A stretch of DNA of 44,783 nucleotides from an uncultured Opitutales bacterium (GTDB lineage: Bacteria; Verrucomicrobiota; Verrucomicrobiia; Opitutales; JABDGR01): NCBI GenBank assembly GCA_964503425.1, contig CAZDAQ010000003.1, positions 1-44,783 of the forward strand. The letters run 5' to 3'. The position numbers and the translations under genes were made by a program. This document shows, in pieces, positions 37,295 to 44,783 of the stretch; positions within the stretch are counted from its first letter, which is position 1; the number at the start of each line of letters is the position of its first letter. Below the pieces are notes generated by a model. That model had not been told where the DNA came from and ran no database searches. It saw only the letters and a program-made list of their open reading frames with translations.

Positions 37295-37469
37295 ACAGGG
37301 TAAGGGGCAAGCCGCATCCGCGGCCGCATTGAGGCTCATGGTATGCCGCCCCACCCGCACCCGGACAATCTCTTTTTCACCGCCGCGCCCATGCGCCCCG
37401 CCGCCACTTTTTGGTTGGACACCCCGCCCCGTTGCCTTACTCTTTATCCGCCAAGGGGGCGTTACTGGA

Positions 37470-38225
37470 ATGAGCAACTTCGACTACGAAAGTTTTTCAG
37501 ACGGCGAGTGGGAAGACCGCGGCGAACTCGCGTGGAACGAATTCGATTGGCAGCAGTATCTCAAGCAGAACGAAAAGGAAATCGCCCGTTTCCTCGCCCT
37601 GTATAACCAGCACAAGCACCACCCCGACCACCTCGACCAGGTCGCCCACCTCATGGGCTGGGACGACCAGGAATGGGCTCCCGCCCGCGAGGATATCCTC
37701 GCCCCCCCGCCCGCCGCGCCTTTGCCCGTCGCCGATTCCGCGCCCAGCCCGGAAACCCCCGCGCCTGCTCCGCCGGAAACTGCCGAGAACGAATCGCTCG
37801 ACACTTACACCATCCACAAGCATCCCGTCTTCATCGCCAGCCGCGGCCTCTACCAGCACATTTATCTCGTTTGGGAGCACTTTATGGCCCAGGGCCCCGG
37901 CGCCCTCGTCAACCCGGGCCTCGCCTGGAAATTCGCCACCAGCCTCCATGTCGGCGAGCTTAACTCGGTCATGGCCATCCACGCCCTCGACCTCGGCGAT
38001 TTCGCGCTCACCATCTGCCACCTCAAAAACGCCCTCAGCGCCGTCAACCATTCCCTGAGCATGTTGCAGCTCCTCCCGCTCGCCAACACCGCCCACCACG
38101 TCCAGTTCTTCCGCGAAATCCAGGCCGGCCTCTTCGACCTCCGCGAAATCTGGCTCCGCGTCATGAACGATTGCCGCGAGGAAAACCGCCGCCGCACCCT
38201 CGGCGAGCAGGAAGAGCGCGAGTAG
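37470..38225 (+). CDS. Hypothetical protein (acidic N-terminus, Pro-rich linker, helical C-terminus)
   Basis: ATG 37470 gives MSNFDYESFSDGEWEDRGELAWNEFDWQQYLKQNEKEIARFL. Its balanced composition contrasts with the G/A/R-rich antisense ORF. I recognise no domain. Confidence 0.55.
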   Translation: MSNFDYESFSDGEWEDRGELAWNEFDWQQYLKQNEKEIARFLALYNQHKHHPDHLDQVAHLMGWDDQEWAPAREDILAPPPAAPLPVADSAPSPETPAPAPPETAENESLDTYTIHKHPVFIASRGLYQHIYLVWEHFMAQGPGALVNPGLAWKFATSLHVGELNSVMAIHALDLGDFALTICHLKNALSAVNHSLSMLQLLPLANTAHHVQFFREIQAGLFDLREIWLRVMNDCREENRRRTLGEQEERE

Positions 38226-38230
38226 CCGCC

Positions 38231-39958
38231 CTAGCGCCGGCGCAGCCGCCACGCCCCCAGCAGCGCCAGCCCCGCGCTCACCGCGATAAACCAGTCCCCG
38301 TAGCGCACGTAGAACGATTCCTGTCCCGCCCAATTCCGGTCGCGGTTCAGCCACACCGCCCCCGCCCCGCGGAAATACGTCGTCCCGTTCCCGTTATCGT
38401 CCATCAGCAGCTTCGGCAGGACTTTCCCGTCCACCTTTTCCAGCGCATAGCCGAACCCGTATTCGTCAATGGTTCCGCTCCACCCGTCGTTGCCGCAGCG
38501 CAGCACCGGCCGCCGCGTCTCCACCGCGCGCAGCACCGAGTGCGCCGCGTGCTGCAAGGCCCCGCCCTCCACGCCATACCACGCGTCGTTCGTCACCACC
38601 ACGAGGAAGTCCGCCCCCGCCTGCGCCTGCTGTCGCGCCAGCGCCGGGAAAATATCCTCATAGCAAATGAGCGGCCCCGCCTGCAGCGTTTTGCCACTGG
38701 ACAGGTGCAGCGGCAGCGGCTGCTGCCATTTCCCCGCCAGCGTGTCCGCCGCCAGCGGCACCACTTTCCCCAAAAACGGCAGCCAGTCCCGCCACGGGAC
38801 AAATTCGCCGAACGGCACGCGCTTCTGCTTCGCGTAAAATTCCGGCTCCAGCCCCGTCCCCGGGTTCATCACAAAAATGCTGTTGTAGTCCCCGCCCTTC
38901 TCCTTCGATCCCGCCGCCGCCGGCGCCAGCGCCACCGCGCCGAGAATCAGCGGCTTCCCCTCCACGTCCACCAACTGCTGCACCGCCGCACGCCCCTCCT
39001 CCGTGCCCGGCCCGGAAATGGCGAATGGCGGCGCCGCCTCCGGCCACACCACCACGTCCACGTTCTGCTCGCGCAAGGCCAGCGTCAAATTCGCGAGTGC
39101 CTGCCAATTCTCCAGCTCCTTCGATTCATCCCATTTCAAGTCCGCCGGCGTCCATGGTTGCACCAATCCCGCGCGAAACAACCGCTCCATCTGCTGTTGC
39201 CGCGAATGCAACTGTATCAGTGTGTAAAACGGCGACCATATCACCAAAATCATAAACGCCAGCACCAGCGCCGCCACGTCCGGATGCTTATACCACGCCC
39301 ACCACTGCACGAACTGCAGCTTCCTTTCGCGAAATTGCGCACGGTGTAAATTGCCCGCCGCCGCCAAATTGAACAGCACCACCAAAAACGTCACGCCCCC
39401 CTCCCCCGTCCACGCCGCCAGTTGCAAAAACACCGGCACCTTCCAGAACGCCGCCGCCAGCGGGCACCAGAGAAATCCGCTGAACAGCCAGCTCCGCACC
39501 CAATCGAGCACCACCCACAATCCCGCCAGTCCCAGCATTCCAAAAAACCGCCGCCACCCCGCCGCTGCCTTTATCCGCGGCGCCGCCCAGCGCAGCGCCG
39601 CCAGCCACGTCACCGGGAATAGCGCCGCCTCCGCCGCCAGCGCCGCCAGCGCCACCCAACCCCATGGCGGGTAAATAAATCGCAGCCAGATTAAAATGAA
39701 AAACCACGCACTCCACGACGCCAGCGCGCTCACCATCATGAACCCCCTCCAGCACGGCGCCCGCATCGCCCACAACACCATCGGCCAAAGAAATACGAAC
39801 ACGGTCACCGGCCAGCCGAACGGCGGGAATGCCAGCACCAGCGCCACCACGAACCATAACCCCGCCAGCCACCCGCGCCACCCCGCCCAAGGGGCCGCCT
39901 CCTGAATCCCGCCTTCTGAATTCAAGTCAACGACAGCGGCTGGCGGCGTATGCGGCAT
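38231..39958 (-). CDS. lnt: Apolipoprotein N-acyltransferase
   Basis: An N-terminal polytopic membrane region is followed by a CN-hydrolase domain (VVWPEAA...GPLICYEDIFPALAR...FLVVVTNDAWY). The size and architecture are typical of Lnt. Confidence 0.9.
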   Translation of the reverse strand: MPHTPPAAVVDLNSEGGIQEAAPWAGWRGWLAGLWFVVALVLAFPPFGWPVTVFVFLWPMVLWAMRAPCWRGFMMVSALASWSAWFFILIWLRFIYPPWGWVALAALAAEAALFPVTWLAALRWAAPRIKAAAGWRRFFGMLGLAGLWVVLDWVRSWLFSGFLWCPLAAAFWKVPVFLQLAAWTGEGGVTFLVVLFNLAAAGNLHRAQFRERKLQFVQWWAWYKHPDVAALVLAFMILVIWSPFYTLIQLHSRQQQMERLFRAGLVQPWTPADLKWDESKELENWQALANLTLALREQNVDVVVWPEAAPPFAISGPGTEEGRAAVQQLVDVEGKPLILGAVALAPAAAGSKEKGGDYNSIFVMNPGTGLEPEFYAKQKRVPFGEFVPWRDWLPFLGKVVPLAADTLAGKWQQPLPLHLSSGKTLQAGPLICYEDIFPALARQQAQAGADFLVVVTNDAWYGVEGGALQHAAHSVLRAVETRRPVLRCGNDGWSGTIDEYGFGYALEKVDGKVLPKLLMDDNGNGTTYFRGAGAVWLNRDRNWAGQESFYVRYGDWFIAVSAGLALLGAWRLRRR

Positions 39959-39964
39959 TCGGTG

Positions 39965-43030
<3,066 letters not shown>

Positions 43031-43162
43031 GGCGCGGCCCGGCGTCGCCACCGGGGAAAACCCAACACTATGAACACCCCAATCGCGTTTGGCAAGGCCG
43101 CGCCGGAAAATCCTTCTTAACCCTTTGGTCTCTGCAACCTTGGCCCAGAAGACTACCCCAGC

Positions 43163-44194
43163 CTACCGCCCCCTCTCCTCTTTCCACCTCCGGCACAAAT
43201 CCCGCGCCGCCTCCGGCCACGTCGTAAACTTGAACACAAACCCCGCCGCCAGCAGCTTCCCCGGCACCACCCGCCGGCTCTTCAGCACCAGTTCCGACTC
43301 CGTCTGCATCAGCCGCGTACCTATCTCAATCATCCATTTCGCCGCCGGCAGCCCCACCTTGGCCCCCCACGCCTCCCGCAGCCCCCGCATGAACTCCGCG
43401 TTCGGCACCGGGTTGGGCGACGCCAGGTTCACCGGCCCCGCCAGCTCCTCGTGCTCGATCAGCCAGAAAATCGCCCGCAAAAAATCCTCGTCGTGCATCC
43501 ACGACACATACTGCCGCCCGTCCCCGTTCTTCCCGCCCAAGCCAAATCGCACCAGCTTCAGCATCACGTCAAACGCCCCGCCCGCGCCCGGCGCCATCAC
43601 AATCGAAGTCCGTAAAATCACCTTCCGCGTCCGCGGCGTCGCCGCCTCGTTCACTGCCTTCTCCCACTCCTGCGCCACCCGCGTGCTGAACCGCCAGGTA
43701 TCCGGCCACTCCGGCCCCGCCGTGTCCAAAATCCCCGTCGCCTCGTCATTCGCGGCGTCGTAGCGGTGCGCGTAAATCGTCGCCGTGCTCGCCTGCAACC
43801 ACGCCCGCGGTGGCCGCGCCGCCCGCGCAATCGCCTCGCCCACCACCCGGGTGGATTTCGTGCGCGACTCCATCACCTCCCGCCGGTGCTCCGGCGTAAA
43901 CCGGCAATTCACGCTCCGCCCCGCCAAATTGATCACCACGTCCGCCCCGTCTATCTCCTTCGCCCACTCCCCCAGCGACTCCCCATCCCAATTCACGACT
44001 CGGCCTGAGTCGTGAATTGCCCTCCGAAGTCCCGTAGAGCGGGACGTAGGAGGACCGCCCGGCCCCACCCGCTCTCGCAGATTCTCCCGAACGGGAGAAC
44101 GGCTCAACACCACCACCTCATGCCCCGCCCCCTGCAACCCCCACGCCAAAAACATCCCAATCTGCCCCTGCCCTCCGGGTATGACGATTTTCAT
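43163..44194 (-). CDS. TIGR01777-type NAD-dependent epimerase/dehydratase family protein (SDR fold + DUF1731-like C-terminus)
   Basis: The Rossmann start is MKIVIPGGQGQIGMFLAWGLQGAGHEVVVLSR. Further matches are VVINLAGRSVNCRFTPEHRREVMESRTKSTRVVGEAI, LRTSIVM and RRVVPGKLLAAGFVFKFTTWPEA. The family assignment is from memory. Confidence 0.8.
   Translation of the reverse strand: MKIVIPGGQGQIGMFLAWGLQGAGHEVVVLSRSPVRENLRERVGPGGPPTSRSTGLRRAIHDSGRVVNWDGESLGEWAKEIDGADVVINLAGRSVNCRFTPEHRREVMESRTKSTRVVGEAIARAARPPRAWLQASTATIYAHRYDAANDEATGILDTAGPEWPDTWRFSTRVAQEWEKAVNEAATPRTRKVILRTSIVMAPGAGGAFDVMLKLVRFGLGGKNGDGRQYVSWMHDEDFLRAIFWLIEHEELAGPVNLASPNPVPNAEFMRGLREAWGAKVGLPAAKWMIEIGTRLMQTESELVLKSRRVVPGKLLAAGFVFKFTTWPEAARDLCRRWKEERGR
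43990..44018. repeat. Perfect 12-bp inverted repeat (hairpin) inside the epimerase CDS
   Basis: AATTCACGACTC (43990-44001), loop GGCCT, GAGTCGTGAATT (44007-44018). There are no mismatches. Confidence 0.9.
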
Positions 44195-44275
44195 AGCAAC
44201 AAACCTAGCTCCTCTGGCGATTAACTGCAAGATCCCGGCGCGCATCATCACATGGACAGATAACGTCCTCCAGAT

Positions 44276-44752
44276 TTGTTAATTCCGTCCTGCTTTCAAC
44301 ATGTCTGCATCATGGCCATTCTGCTGAGCCCCTTTATTGGTATCCTGGTTGGCTTCATACAGGCGTATGTTGTTTGTTCCATTCGTCATGTGCCTTGCAA
44401 CGACCGTCTCGTCTTTGAGCCCGTCTTGCGCAATGCTTTTGCGGGAATTTTAGTTAATGTTGTTGCCGTTCCCTTTTCAATAATCCCGGGTCTGCACAAC
44501 GACAACAATCTCAGTATTGCAATTCTCCTTATTATCTCCGGCGGCTTTACCGGTCTGTTAACCACTTTCATATTCTTTAAAACCCGGGATGGATTTGGAA
44601 CCAAAATGAATGCTCGTTTCTTTATGAATTATTCAACGGTTTCCGGGGGGCACTGCCTCACTTTGACCCATGCCCCCTCCGCCATGTCGGCGGACGGCTC
44701 CCGGTCGGGGAGCAAGGGGACGCTGGTTAAGATGAATATCCCCCTAGCTTAA
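44276..44752 (+). CDS. Hypothetical small membrane protein in a low-GC segment
   Basis: It has hydrophobic helices (ILLSPFIGILVGFIQAYVV; FAGILVNVVAVPFSIIPGL; SIAILLIISGGFTGLLTTFIFF). Local GC is about 38-48% on sampled lines, against about 65% next door. The start is ambiguous (TTG 44276 or ATG 44312). Confidence 0.45.
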   Translation: MLIPSCFQHVCIMAILLSPFIGILVGFIQAYVVCSIRHVPCNDRLVFEPVLRNAFAGILVNVVAVPFSIIPGLHNDNNLSIAILLIISGGFTGLLTTFIFFKTRDGFGTKMNARFFMNYSTVSGGHCLTLTHAPSAMSADGSRSGSKGTLVKMNIPLA

Positions 44753-44783
44753 AGAGTGGGTTACTTGTCCTCTGGTTTGGCTG

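Overview
This is a GC-rich bacterial chromosomal segment. Hand counts on sample 60-nt lines give roughly 63-67% GC in housekeeping genes. The lineage is most consistent with Verrucomicrobiota. That is an inference from a PEP-CTERM surface protein, several GFTLIELL prepilin-type proteins, autotransporter-associated beta-strand repeats and eukaryote-like RCC1, Ig and C-type-lectin surface proteins. I support about 36 protein genes plus one tRNA-Lys(CUU).

Recognisable housekeeping genes are:
- rpoD (3' part only)
- an aldo/keto reductase and a SufT-like Fe-S assembly protein
- an HD-domain hydrolase and a class IV aminotransferase
- htpG, rlmM and a TrmH/SpoU methyltransferase
- a glycogen debranching enzyme, obg and an ABC-2 exporter pair
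- acylphosphatase, lnt, secA and a TIGR01777-type epimerase

I see no CRISPR array, rRNA, transposase, integrase or recognisable defence system.

The accessory, lineage-specific content is all secreted or surface proteins:
1. A roughly 1541-aa protein has GspK/PilX-type pseudopilin termini around a roughly 950-aa uncharacterised core. It is tightly coupled to a 246-aa secreted partner and is my best candidate for an undescribed system.
2. Three small tandem secreted repeat proteins share a QPSPIAG motif or a 43-aa N/T-rich repeat.
3. One protein fuses a C-type lectin, a TlpA-like thioredoxin and a TPR region. It sits next to a 7-blade RCC1 + Ig-repeat protein.
4. An orphan pair of GspG-like pseudopilin paralogues.
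5. An output-less MASE1-PAS-PAS sensor lies inside a tightly packed ABC-2 exporter, TPR and haem-binding cluster.

Smaller oddities:
- rlmM has no canonical start codon for its conserved N-terminus.
- The epimerase gene contains a highly structured apparent in-frame insertion.
- The SecA zinc finger is degenerate.
- A low-GC ORF sits at the right edge of the window.

The many long antisense ORFs in the track are GC-content artefacts.
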